From an uncultured phage cr7_1, in the sequence record NC_055895.1: DNA of 40,000 nucleotides; one strand, 5' to 3'. Made by a program: the position numbers and the translations under genes. The notes below the pieces were generated by a model. The model did no database searches, was not told where the DNA came from, and worked only from the letters and a program-made list of their open reading frames with translations. This document shows, one piece after another, positions 1-8,308 of this stretch. Within the stretch, counting starts at the first letter, position 1, and every line of letters starts with the position of its first letter.

Positions 1-178
1 ATGTTTTGTAAGAAAGATTTATAAAATCCTACAATAGAGCTTGATTTTCTACATCTCTATTTTTATCATGTTTTTGTATACCATATTTCTTTGTTTTATT
101 TAATCTAGCATTTTCGTCAGCCAGATAAATATTGTCTAAGGTACAAATCTTTTCTTTAAGATTGCCTATTCTTTTCAA
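1..178 (-). CDS. DGR-type reverse transcriptase, N-terminal part (runs off the left edge)
   Basis: Minus-strand frame from TTG at 178 reads MKRIGNLKEKICTLDNIYLADENARLNKTKKYGIQKHDKNRDVENQALLQDFINLSYKT..., which resembles the N-terminus of DGR/retron-like RTs of Bacteroides phages. One in-frame TAG is read as Q (ALLQDF). It sits directly downstream of a TR/VR pair. Confidence 0.85.
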
Positions 179-299
179 AGCTTTTTATATTAATATCGAG
201 TCTTCGGGATATCCCTACCAACACGACGTGGTTAATAAACGTTATCTTTTGCCAAGAGGCAAGGTCGCTATTCCCAAAAAAATGAATTTGGAAATATAA

Positions 300-403
300 A
301 TAGCTAACATTGGTATTGGCATTACTGACTCCATTATTAGAATTGAAATAGCTAAGACTGGCTTTGCTGCCATTATTAGCGTTACTACCTACTATGAGTT
401 TTT
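300..403 (-). repeat. DGR template repeat (TR)
   Basis: Aligns without gaps to 465-568 (offset 165). 75/104 positions are identical and all 29 differences are at + strand T (coding-strand A) of this copy. AAT/AAC/AGC/AGT-rich when read in the VR frame. Confidence 0.97.
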
Positions 404-443
404 AGTAATGTTCCAGTAAGGAAGAATAGTAACCTGTTTTAAA

Positions 444-2561
444 TTAGACTCTCACTAATGACCTAAAGCCAACAGTGGCATGGGCATGACTGACCCCATC
501 AGCAGAATAGAAAGAGCCAAGACCGGCCGCGCCGCCAAAATAAGCGTGACCACCCACCAGGAGCGTTCTATTTACAATGGAATCAGCATTACACGAATGA
601 TAATCGCATTTATATGTTGACTCAGATCCAGTAATAGAAGAAGGAATTATTTCAGCCTTTGATCCAAGATCAAATGTTCCAATATACCCATCTTGAGCAA
701 TTTCAACTCCAGCAATATCAAAAAGTGAATAATCATCACCATATTTTAATACATCTGTTGTTGTATAAACATTGCTATTAGCTTTGACTGCATCTCTCTT
801 TATAACAATTCCTTCGAGATTTGTCCAAATGTCACCGAACGGATTTTCAAAACCTCTCCATCTATTTGCATACAAAGTTTTTTCAGGAGATTGGAGCTAT
901 ATAGCTTTTACACCACTAAAGTTTCCAAATTCATTTGTATATCCGCATGGAGTTATTGCGTAATTTTTATTATACGTATTCCATATGTTCCAATCAAAAG
1001 TTGTTAAACCAGGACCCAAACCGCCCTAGTGATAACCATCTGACGTGAGTTCTGAATTAAATTCTTTCTAAGAGTTGAAATTAGCATATTCTATTACGTA
1101 GTTCCAATAGAATATCCATTTATAAAATTCGTAACACAGAAGCTCCTGTCCAGTAGCTGCTGCATATGTTCTCATTGTTTCTCTACTAATATTAGATACA
1201 GGCTTTCCGAGATCGGTTTTAAACTAGTCTGTAGCTAAATATTCATCGTATGCTGATCTTCTTCCACCTCCTCTATACTTCGCATCTGTACTAACTACTG
1301 ATGCTACCTTTGTAGTATCGCTGTCAGTATAAATAGTATTGCGATAAGCGCTTATAAACATTTCTGGTATTTCAGTCCATGATGCATCTATTTGAACAGT
1401 TGAGATTCGTACCCATCTCTTATTTCCGTTAGATCCAGACTTTCCATAGAATCTAGGAGTTCTAATCATTACGTCTCCATCAGTACCATCTAAATGAGAC
1501 GGTTCACCATTGCTCTTTTTTGACCAATCATTAGGATTTAAATAATACTACAACTTTCCGTTCTTTACAACACATCCCTTGTACTCAGACTATATTGGGA
1601 GAGATTTATGGAATAATGGATTTCCAATTCTTGTACATGTAGGATCAGCCACTGTAATATCCCATTCTACACCATATGACAGCATGTCAATAGAAACATC
1701 AGGGAGCTCTGTCTTCAATGCATATTGAGTTATGTCTATAGTAGAACCATTAGAAGTTAATACATGATTGTTGTCGCCACCTCTTAACTATACGCCATTT
1801 TCGTTTAACTTAAAATGAAATAAATCGGAACGGTTACCACCAGTAATTGACTCTGGGGTAATATCAATGTAGCCTTTCATAGGATACATAACCGATACTA
1901 AACCAGCAGATATATAAGTATGTGGACCATTATTTTCTGACATAGATATATCTCCACCTATTAATGTAGTAATATGAGCATTTCCTGGAGTAGTATAATT
2001 ATAAACAAAACCTATCTCCATTTCGTAACCATCGCCACTCTACTACGTATAAGGAACATAATTACCAGCATCCTACTTATCACTAATAGCAGCATTCAGC
2101 GTATCAATCTACTAATTAAGCGCTGTTGTAAGAACGTAGTTACTAAGTGCGGTAGCGTCAGCCTTTGTGCTAATAGCTTTTCTAAATGATCCTTCTGTGT
2201 TTGAATCACCATCAACTATTGCAAGCTTATCTGATATTTCTTTTTCTTTACCTTCTGCTCTAGTCTGCTCTGCCTTAATCTTAGCACTTAAGTCTTCATC
2301 ACTCTTTGTACGAGCACTTGTTTCAGCTTCAAGTAAATCCTTTGTAACATAATTACCATTTTCAATGCTATTGTCTATAGCATCTTTTACAGACTGATCA
2401 ATAAGTTTATTTGTAGAGTTTGCATCCAGTATGTCTCCATGCATAAATTCCCCACCTTCAAGATCAACCAATATTTTTGGATTTCTAATCTACTTCCCAG
2501 GTGCTGTTACGAGTACATTCTTTATTGGAACTCTATATAAAAAATCTTTTTCCTAAATCAT
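444..2561 (-). CDS. DGR target protein, likely receptor-binding/tail-fibre-like (705 aa with TAG=Gln)
   Basis: ORF-track pieces 444-875, 1224-1469, 1788-2021 and 2112-2471 share one frame and are separated only by TAG. I translated the 876-1223 gap and the N-terminus: no TAA/TGA, with TAG at Gln-like positions. Starts MIQEKDFLYRVPIKNVLVTAPGKQ, ends GFRSLVRV-TAA. Confidence 0.88.
465..568 (-). repeat. DGR variable repeat (VR), 3' end of the target gene
   Basis: 104-nt partner of the TR with adenine-specific substitutions only. It encodes ...TLLVGGHAYFGGAAGLGSFYSADGVSHAHATVGF in the recoded gene 444-2561. Confidence 0.97.
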
Positions 2562-2637
2562 AATTAATGCATTAATGTGTTTAAACAGTAAAAGGGAACT
2601 ACCTTTCGGTAATCCCCTTTATGTAAGCGAATTAGGC

Positions 2638-3198
2638 CTATCCTTCGCTTACCTCAGCACCTTCTTGTGCCGCCGCTGACTCTGGTACGGACTCAACCTG
2701 TTCCTTAAGCTGTGACTGAGTTCCCGTAGCTGCGCTAGATTCGTTTTCGTGTCCTGTGCCAGTAGAACCAAATCCGCCATCGCCTCTCTCTGTTGACGAA
2801 AGCTCAGAAACCTCTGTGATTGTATACTCTGGTATAGGAACGATGACTAACTGACAGAAACGTTCGCCCTGCTTGTAAACAGCAGGAATTGTATCTGTTG
2901 TAGCCTTCATGAATGCTACAATCTCGCCTCTATAATCGCTGTCGATAACACCGACATTATCAGTAAGCCATAATGACTTTTTCCAAATACTAGAGCGTGG
3001 TATAAGTAAACCAACATATCCGGCAGGAATTTCAACTGCCAATCCTGTATGGTAAACCAACATTAGCTGATTTGCTTCATTAAGAGCTGTTTCAATCTTA
3101 GTGCAAGTCAAATCAATTCCTGCAGCACCTTTTGTGCCACGAATAGGGAGGATAGCGTTATCCTCAAGTCTCTTAAATTTCAACTCCATAGTATTCAA
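2638..3198 (-). CDS. dut: dUTP diphosphatase (dUTPase)
   Basis: Contains the dUTPase motifs GAAGIDL, PRSS, DNVGVIDSDYRGEI, ERFCQLVIVPI and ERGDGGFGSTG. The annotated stop is TAG; if read through, only QA is added before TAA at 2632-2634. ATG start possible at 3189. Confidence 0.95.
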   Translation of the reverse strand: MNTMELKFKRLEDNAILPIRGTKGAAGIDLTCTKIETALNEANQLMLVYHTGLAVEIPAGYVGLLIPRSSIWKKSLWLTDNVGVIDSDYRGEIVAFMKATTDTIPAVYKQGERFCQLVIVPIPEYTITEVSELSSTERGDGGFGSTGTGHENESSAATGTQSQLKEQVESVPESAAAQEGAEVSEG

Positions 3199-3213
3199 AT
3201 ATTATTTTTATTG

Positions 3214-3284
3214 TTACCCCACTAGGATTCGAACCCAGACTAAGAGTTTTAGAGACTCCTGTGCTGCCGTTACACCATAGGGCA
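3214..3284 (-). tRNA. suppressor tRNA, anticodon CTA (decodes UAG, probably Gln)
   Basis: Reverse complement TGCCCTA TG GTGTAACGGCAGCAC A GGAGT CTCTAAA ACTCT TAGT CTGGG TTCGAAT CCTAG TGGGGTA A. 7-bp acceptor with a U1-A72 pair, 5-bp anticodon stem, loop CTCTAAA giving anticodon CTA, canonical T-arm. Confidence 0.95.
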
Positions 3285-3598
3285 ATAAGCGCGTAACTTT
3301 TATCTGGAGTTACGCAGAACCAGTATTGGCGTCATTTGGATCCTGCAGCTCCGAGCGCTGCTAGGGCAGAAAGCTTTTGTTTCACCCGGATATCCCAGTT
3401 TATAGAGATTTCAGAAATGGCGACAACCTCTCAGCGATTATATTCGCCCGTCTTCTTTGACTCTTATAAGTTTTAGCTGGACTTATAACCCAGTATTGGG
3501 TCCCTGTGTCAGCTTACCATGGTAGCCTTTTGTTTATAGTGTACACACAGGGATTCCACTCAATTACAAAATATTAAAATTATGAAAACAAATTAATG

Positions 3599-3673
3599 GA
3601 GTCTATGCAGGAGTCGAACCTGCTAACTATTCCCTTTGTATCGGGTTGTCTTTACCGTTTGACTAATAGACTC
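3599..3673 (-). tRNA. tRNA-like gene with an irregular anticodon arm
   Basis: Reverse complement GAGTCTAT TA GTC...GAC A ACCCGATACAAAGGG... GCAGG TTCGACT CCTGC ATAGACTC. 8 acceptor-end pairs, perfect 5-bp T-stem, U8/A9 and a 3-bp D-stem. Only CCC/GGG flank an 8-nt loop GATACAAA, so the anticodon is not assignable. Confidence 0.65.
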
Positions 3674-3682
3674 TAAAGGTGA

Positions 3683-4006
3683 TTACTTAGTACGAGTAAT
3701 CCAATTCCATAAACGTTTATACCAAGGCTTCTTAATCTTCTCTTCGGCTCTGCGCGCCTTACATCTTAAGTATACGCAATCATCTTTTACTACAGCGCAA
3801 CCATTCTCTGGAAGAATCTCGTCGAGCAAAGCATCTGTAAGGATTGATATAACTGTATAATAGTCACAATCAGTCACTCTCATACCTGCCGAAATCTTCT
3901 TGCTAATGAAGTATGCTGTAACATCGTTTACATTAGCAACATCCAGCATAGAGATTACATACTTGGGTCTCTTTGCCTTAACTGTCTTTTTAATAGCTTT
4001 CTTCAT
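3683..4006 (-). CDS. hypothetical protein (107 aa)
   Basis: Open frame in the minus-strand block, MKKAIKKTVKAKRPKYVISMLDVANVNDV... Confidence 0.7.
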   Translation of the reverse strand: MKKAIKKTVKAKRPKYVISMLDVANVNDVTAYFISKKISAGMRVTDCDYYTVISILTDALLDEILPENGCAVVKDDCVYLRCKARRAEEKIKKPWYKRLWNWITRTK

Positions 4007-4016
4007 AACTTAAATA

Positions 4017-4400
4017 TTAACATTGTCCACAATAGTCTCCACGATCGTCGCAAGCAGCATTCACATGTGCGCTTTCCTTCTGCTTTGCTGCCCACTCTTC
4101 TTTTCTCTTCTGGTCAGCTTCTTTTGCGTTATTGAGAGCCTTTAACCAATCTTCAGACTTAATTATTACAAAATCTGTGCCGAGATCTTTGTCGTAGAAT
4201 GTGATAAGAATATCATCTTTCCTTACATCTGTGCAGATAGTTTTGTTAGGAAAAAACTTTGATGTCCACTCAATATTAGCATCTTCTGGAATAACGTAAA
4301 TATCATCGATACCTCTTGCAGATCTATTAATCGCCTAAACCTCAGCTGTATCTGTATCAACAATAATAGGCTTGCGATCAATGTTTATTATCTTTTTCAT
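4017..4400 (-). CDS. hypothetical protein with one in-frame TAG (127 aa); missed by the ORF track
   Basis: Manual translation: MKKIINIDRKPIIVDTDTAEV[TAG]AINRSARGIDDIYVIPEDANIEWTSKFFPNKTICTDVRKDDILITFYDKDLGTDFVIIKSEDWLKALNNAKEADQKRKEEWAAKQKESAHVNAACDDRGDYCGQC-TAA. Confidence 0.85.
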
Positions 4401-4608
4401 ATGGGCTTAATGGTTTATTTTTATTATCTTTAAATCTATTCTTAAGCTTGAATCTAAATAGTTTGTTTATTAATACGTCTCTAGTATCATCTTGATCTTT
4501 CATAACATCAACTATGAACTAAAACTAATGCATAACTATTTGTTTTACTAGCTCTGGGTCATCGTCCAATGTACGTCCAATCTATCTACAAACTTTATCT
4601 ATATTCAT
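4378..4608 (-). CDS. hypothetical protein with three in-frame TAGs (76 aa)
   Basis: Manual translation: MNIDKVCR[TAG]IGRTLDDDPELVKQIVMH[TAG]F[TAG]FIVDVMKDQDDTRDVLINKLFRFKLKNRFKDNKNKPLSPYEKDNKH-TGA. TAATG overlap with the upstream gene. Confidence 0.8.
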
Positions 4609-5036
4609 TACTTTTCTACTGTTTCAGTTGCTACAATATCGTAAAGCGATACAAGTTGAGAGTCCTTAAGCAAATCGAAATACATAGCACCTCTAGATGA
4701 TCTATATATAACGATATCACCAACCTTGATAGGCATCTGCTGTATTTTCTCGTCACTATATGGGTGTGTATACTCATATGGCAACTTAAGTACAACAGCT
4801 CTAGAGAAATCTGAATCAACTTCTTTTATCTCTGTCTTTACCTCATCATAATCAACTGCCTCGATCCCATCCTTATCCTTCTTAGTCTTAGTGTCCTTAA
4901 CCACAGGTTCGGAGATCTTCTTCTTAACTTTAACAGGCTCAAGCGGCTTTACCAAGAACATCTGTCTGAACTCATACTTTATTTTTGAGCTCAAGTCCTC
5001 TGCCAACTGTGTCTGATCTATCATCTTCTCATCCAT
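4608..5036 (-). CDS. hypothetical protein (142 aa)
   Basis: Full ORF MDEKMIDQTQLAEDLSSKIKYEFRQMF..., tightly packed in the late block. Confidence 0.8.
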   Translation of the reverse strand: MDEKMIDQTQLAEDLSSKIKYEFRQMFLVKPLEPVKVKKKISEPVVKDTKTKKDKDGIEAVDYDEVKTEIKEVDSDFSRAVVLKLPYEYTHPYSDEKIQQMPIKVGDIVIYRSSRGAMYFDLLKDSQLVSLYDIVATETVEK

Positions 5037-5037
5037 A

Positions 5038-5454
5038 TTACTTCTTCAATCCTTTAAGGTACTCAAGTAATTTAATCATGTTTCTCAATACTGTCTCCTT
5101 CTCAACAAGCAAACACTGAGGTGTGTTCTCATCAGCTTTTGACTTAAGAGCACAAAGCTCATTGTTGTATTCTGAGAGCTTATTGTTGATCTCGTCAAAG
5201 ATATTTACGAATCTCTTTTTATCATCAACTTCCTCAACGTATCCATTATCAAGAAGCATCTTTGCATATTCCTTTGAGATTCTATAAACAGAATTGTAAG
5301 AAGAAACAACCGTTGAATTGTCTTCGTTTGAGCTATTATGCTCTTCGTTATATACACTTTCGTACTGATCTGTATCAGCGTTGTACTCAAATGTATCACC
5401 ATTCTCCATTACGAAGAAAGGCTTAATAACCTTTAAAATCTTTGTCATATCCAA
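5038..5454 (-). CDS. hypothetical protein (138 aa)
   Basis: Full ORF MDMTKILKVIKPFFVMENGDTFEYN..., first gene of this minus-strand run. Confidence 0.8.
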   Translation of the reverse strand: MDMTKILKVIKPFFVMENGDTFEYNADTDQYESVYNEEHNSSNEDNSTVVSSYNSVYRISKEYAKMLLDNGYVEEVDDKKRFVNIFDEINNKLSEYNNELCALKSKADENTPQCLLVEKETVLRNMIKLLEYLKGLKK

Positions 5455-5735
5455 TTGCTTTTATTGTTTTACGCTGCCATAACGAAATAATTTTCAAAAA
5501 GGTTGCAAATATGGTATAAATTTTGTAAAAATAGCATTTTTCTTGCAAATATGCAACTTTTTTAGCTTTTTTACGTTAGGGGGATAGTAGGGGGTTAGTC
5601 AGCTAGAACCCTTTCTCTTATATATTCTCTTTAGGAGATCTACTTTAGTAGTACAGCTATTACAGTATGTAAGACTATACAACTATAGTAGAGCTATATA
5701 AGCTTAATAATAATTGTAAGACTAATAAGAATAGT
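5455..5735. promoter_or_regulatory. divergent intergenic/promoter region
   Basis: Separates diverging blocks. AT-rich, with the element TTGCAAATATG repeated (...GGTTGCAAATATGG... and ...CTTGCAAATATGCAAC...) flanking a TATAAATTTTG-like sequence. Confidence 0.5.
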
Positions 5736-6134
5736 ATGGATAAGAAGAAAAAGTGTATAATAGACGAATATAAGACAGTATACGGATTTAGCTTATTCGT
5801 TATAATTAACCCAGATAAGTCTGTAGTAGATAAAAGATTTAGCTTTAGAGAGGACGAATCTTCTATAATTGATGACGAATGGGCAGATTATACAGCCTAC
5901 ACTGTCAGAGGAGCATATGATAAACTTGCTAATGAAGACTGTGAAATCATAGTAATAAACAAGTTAAAGAACACAAGTGATGACATAAATACCTTTGCTC
6001 ATGAATCATTTCATGCAGCCGTAGATATACTTGAGGCATGCCATATAAAGCTCTCTGATGATACAAATGAGGTATTCGCGTACTTAATTGGGTACTTTAC
6101 AGAGTGTGTAAACAAAACAGCAAATAAACGATGA
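5736..6134 (+). CDS. putative small zinc-metallopeptidase-like protein (132 aa)
   Basis: Contains an HExxH signature (NTFAHESFHAAVD) followed by a downstream Glu (DDTNEVFAYLIGY). Confidence 0.6.
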   Translation: MDKKKKCIIDEYKTVYGFSLFVIINPDKSVVDKRFSFREDESSIIDDEWADYTAYTVRGAYDKLANEDCEIIVINKLKNTSDDINTFAHESFHAAVDILEACHIKLSDDTNEVFAYLIGYFTECVNKTANKR

Positions 6135-6601
6135 ACTAGTTTGAGATGAGTGCTGTACTATATTATGCCGACTTCTTGTCTCTACAATACTAGAATAAAC
6201 CGTGTACAGAATAGTGTAAATATTTCTTTATACATGGAGTACCAGTAAATATAGCATACATTGTAGAATAGGAACCAATATACGATCTTGATAATCAATG
6301 GTTCTAGAAGAGCCTTAAAGAATATAGTATGCTAAAGCATAAATTCGGCGAAGATGGAGCTATGAGCTTTATTAAAAACCTATGTAATCTAGGAGTAGCA
6401 GGATCTGTAAATGCTACTCAAATGATGAAATATATCCGTAGATATGACGATAAATAGGAGCGAGACAAAGCGTTTAGAATGTTTAAATACAACAGATCAA
6501 AAGCAAAATATACTCACTTAATACATAACGACGATGGTGAAATTGTAGAGGAAGAGTGCACGAAATACGTAGCCCATGCTGGGCGAAATAGCAAAGGATA
6601 A
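6131..6601 (+). CDS. recoded hypothetical protein (156 aa, TAG=Gln); missed by the ORF track
   Basis: Starts in an ATGA overlap with the previous stop. MN[Q]FEMSAVLYYADFLSLQY[Q]NKPCTE[Q]CKYFFIHGVPVNIAYIVE[Q]EPIYDLDNQWF[Q]KSLKEYS...RRYDDK[Q]ERDKAFRMFKYNRSKAKYTH...NSKG-TAA; [Q] marks TAG codons. Confidence 0.82.
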
Positions 6602-6681
6602 AGAATATTTAAGAGCGGCAGAAATAATACAGAAAGCCGAGAGAAACGGTAGAAGATTAGGATTTTACGAACCAGATAAAG

Positions 6682-6789
6682 ATGAGTCCATTTGATATAA
6701 TATTCATGTTTTTAATACTTCCAATAGTAGCTACTACCACATGTTGGATAATACTTAAAGATAGTAAAAATAATGGGAAAGATTAGTAA
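6682..6789 (+). CDS. small single-pass membrane peptide (about 35 aa)
   Basis: MSPFDIIFMFLILPIVATTTCWIILKDSKNNGKD then TAG TAA; hydrophobic segment. Confidence 0.45.
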
Positions 6790-7237
6790 ATATAGCAATT
6801 TGTACGACAAAGATGGAAAACTTATTAGATCAGTGGATAGTATTTCAGGAAGATTGGATGACCATACCATTGAAGAACTAGAAAACATTGTAGATGAGCT
6901 AGCAAAAGACGAAACAAAGCGTACTGAGTATACTAATAGCATGTCCGTACTCATGCACATGTATGAAACAAAGGGAAATCCACACAAGAATGAAATAGTC
7001 AAGAAAATAAACGAGTATGTAAGGACAAAGACTACCAAAGCTGAGGTTATAAACGCTTTAAAAGATATAAACATTACGGAGTCTAACGACTCCTCCAACG
7101 ACATAAAAGATGAAGAGGCAAGAGAAAATGGATCCAGCGCAAAGAGACGCATATCAGACACTTCTGAAGGAACTGGAGAACTTGGGGGAGGAAGCGACTC
7201 CAACGAGACAGATACTACAATTAGCACTGCAGCTTGA
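6773..7237 (+). CDS. hypothetical protein with disordered acidic C-terminus (154 aa)
   Basis: ORF MGKISKYSNLYDKDGKLIRSVDS... Confidence 0.65.
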   Translation: MGKISKYSNLYDKDGKLIRSVDSISGRLDDHTIEELENIVDELAKDETKRTEYTNSMSVLMHMYETKGNPHKNEIVKKINEYVRTKTTKAEVINALKDINITESNDSSNDIKDEEARENGSSAKRRISDTSEGTGELGGGSDSNETDTTISTAA

Positions 7238-7328
7238 TGAAAAAGGAGAGTTCTACAAATTTATAGAAGTATTCGGGGATAGCAGAATAGATGGTAAAGA
7301 TGTCCTCGGACTGTCCCGAGATAACTAA
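7110..7328 (+). CDS. hypothetical small protein overlapping the previous ORF out of frame (72 aa)
   Basis: ORF MKRQEKMDPAQRDAYQTLLKELENLGEEATPTRQILQLALQLDEKGEFYKFIEVFG... Confidence 0.5.
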   Translation: MKRQEKMDPAQRDAYQTLLKELENLGEEATPTRQILQLALQLDEKGEFYKFIEVFGDSRIDGKDVLGLSRDN

Positions 7329-7329
7329 A

Positions 7330-7476
7330 ATGATATTAGATATAATATATGGAGACGAAGGAGAAGGAAACGGAATTAGTACAATTAGTCAGACAGCTTA
7401 GAGATTACGTAATCCTAGACAGAAAAGATTACGAAAAGCTTGTACAGATTTTATAGATAAGTTTAAGAAAGCATGA
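7330..7476 (+). CDS. small recoded protein (48 aa, one in-frame TAG)
   Basis: MILDIIYGDEGEGNGISTISQTA[TAG]RLRNPRQKRLRKACTDFIDKFKKA-TGA, ending just before a terminator. Confidence 0.55.
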
Positions 7477-7480
7477 GAAT

Positions 7481-7510
7481 AGCCGGGGTTTACGCCTCGG
7501 CTTTTTTATT
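7481..7510 (+). terminator. rho-independent-like terminator
   Basis: AGCCGGGG-TTTACG-CCTCGGCT followed by a T-run. Confidence 0.9.
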
Positions 7511-7533
7511 TTTTTTAATTTTTAAAACTGTTA

Positions 7534-7588
7534 TATATGTACAGAAACGAGAAACAAATTTTTTGTATATGTATGAAAACGAGAAACA
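7534..7588 (+). repeat. two 23-bp direct repeats with 32-bp period, possible operator/promoter element
   Basis: TATATGTACAGAAACGAGAAACA (7534-7556) and TATATGTATGAAAACGAGAAACA (7566-7588). Confidence 0.75.
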
Positions 7589-7637
7589 GCAATGAATCAC
7601 ACCCCGGTATATACTTTCGGATTGGGGTATCCCCCCC

Positions 7638-8195
7638 ATGACAAAAACAAATTTATTCACAATTCAAACTCACGAAATCATGAAAAAAATTAATGAAATT
7701 GCTGTTATAAACAGCGTATCTCTCAATGAGAAATTGTATTCGTTCAATGAGGATAATGAAACTTTTAGAGTTTCTCTTCGCATTACTTATTCCGTTGCAA
7801 ATTCTGATGATAGCGAGGATGATGATGTCATTTCATTGTCCGAGTTTGCGGATTCCGGGTGCATTGTTGGCAAGACCTATTCGTGCATCTTGAATTTTGA
7901 CAGGGTGCTTGAAGGTGGCAAACACACGGAGAAAGAGCAAGACAAAGCACTTGATGAGTTGAGTAAAAAGTTTGTAGGTAAAAAGGCGCGCTTTAGTACG
8001 TTTGATTACACAATTAGTGAATTGACTGATGGAAACGAAAAGTCAATAACCGACGGAGAACACACGTATAGCTCGCTAGCCAATACTTACCTCGGCAACG
8101 TAGACGATGAAGCCGCAGAATTAAGAAAGTTAAAAACACGTTTGACTGATATGATAAACGACGACTTCGATTATTCAACGGACGACGAAGATTAA
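7638..8195 (+). CDS. hypothetical acidic protein (up to 185 aa)
   Basis: Full ORF ending NDDFDYSTDDED. Alternative start MKKINEIAV. Confidence 0.75.
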   Translation: MTKTNLFTIQTHEIMKKINEIAVINSVSLNEKLYSFNEDNETFRVSLRITYSVANSDDSEDDDVISLSEFADSGCIVGKTYSCILNFDRVLEGGKHTEKEQDKALDELSKKFVGKKARFSTFDYTISELTDGNEKSITDGEHTYSSLANTYLGNVDDEAAELRKLKTRLTDMINDDFDYSTDDED

Positions 8196-8196
8196 T

Positions 8197-8237
8197 GTGG
8201 ATGGGGATTGGTAAAACAATCTCCCACTCCACCTTTT
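8197..8237 (+). terminator. terminator-like hairpin
   Basis: GTGGATGGGGATTG...CAATCTCCCACTCCAC then CTTTTT. Confidence 0.8.
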
Positions 8238-8308
8238 TAAAGAAATTCTACGTAACAGCTCAAATAGGCTGTTTTAATATATAGCGTTATTAACAAAACA
8301 TAATCAAT

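Noticed and set aside
1-2561. Left-end gene decay (pseudogene) explanation for fragmented ORFs
   Set aside because: The fragments share one frame, the interruptions are TAG only at Gln-like positions with no TAA/TGA in the parts translated, and a CTA tRNA is present. Recoding fits better than pseudogenisation.
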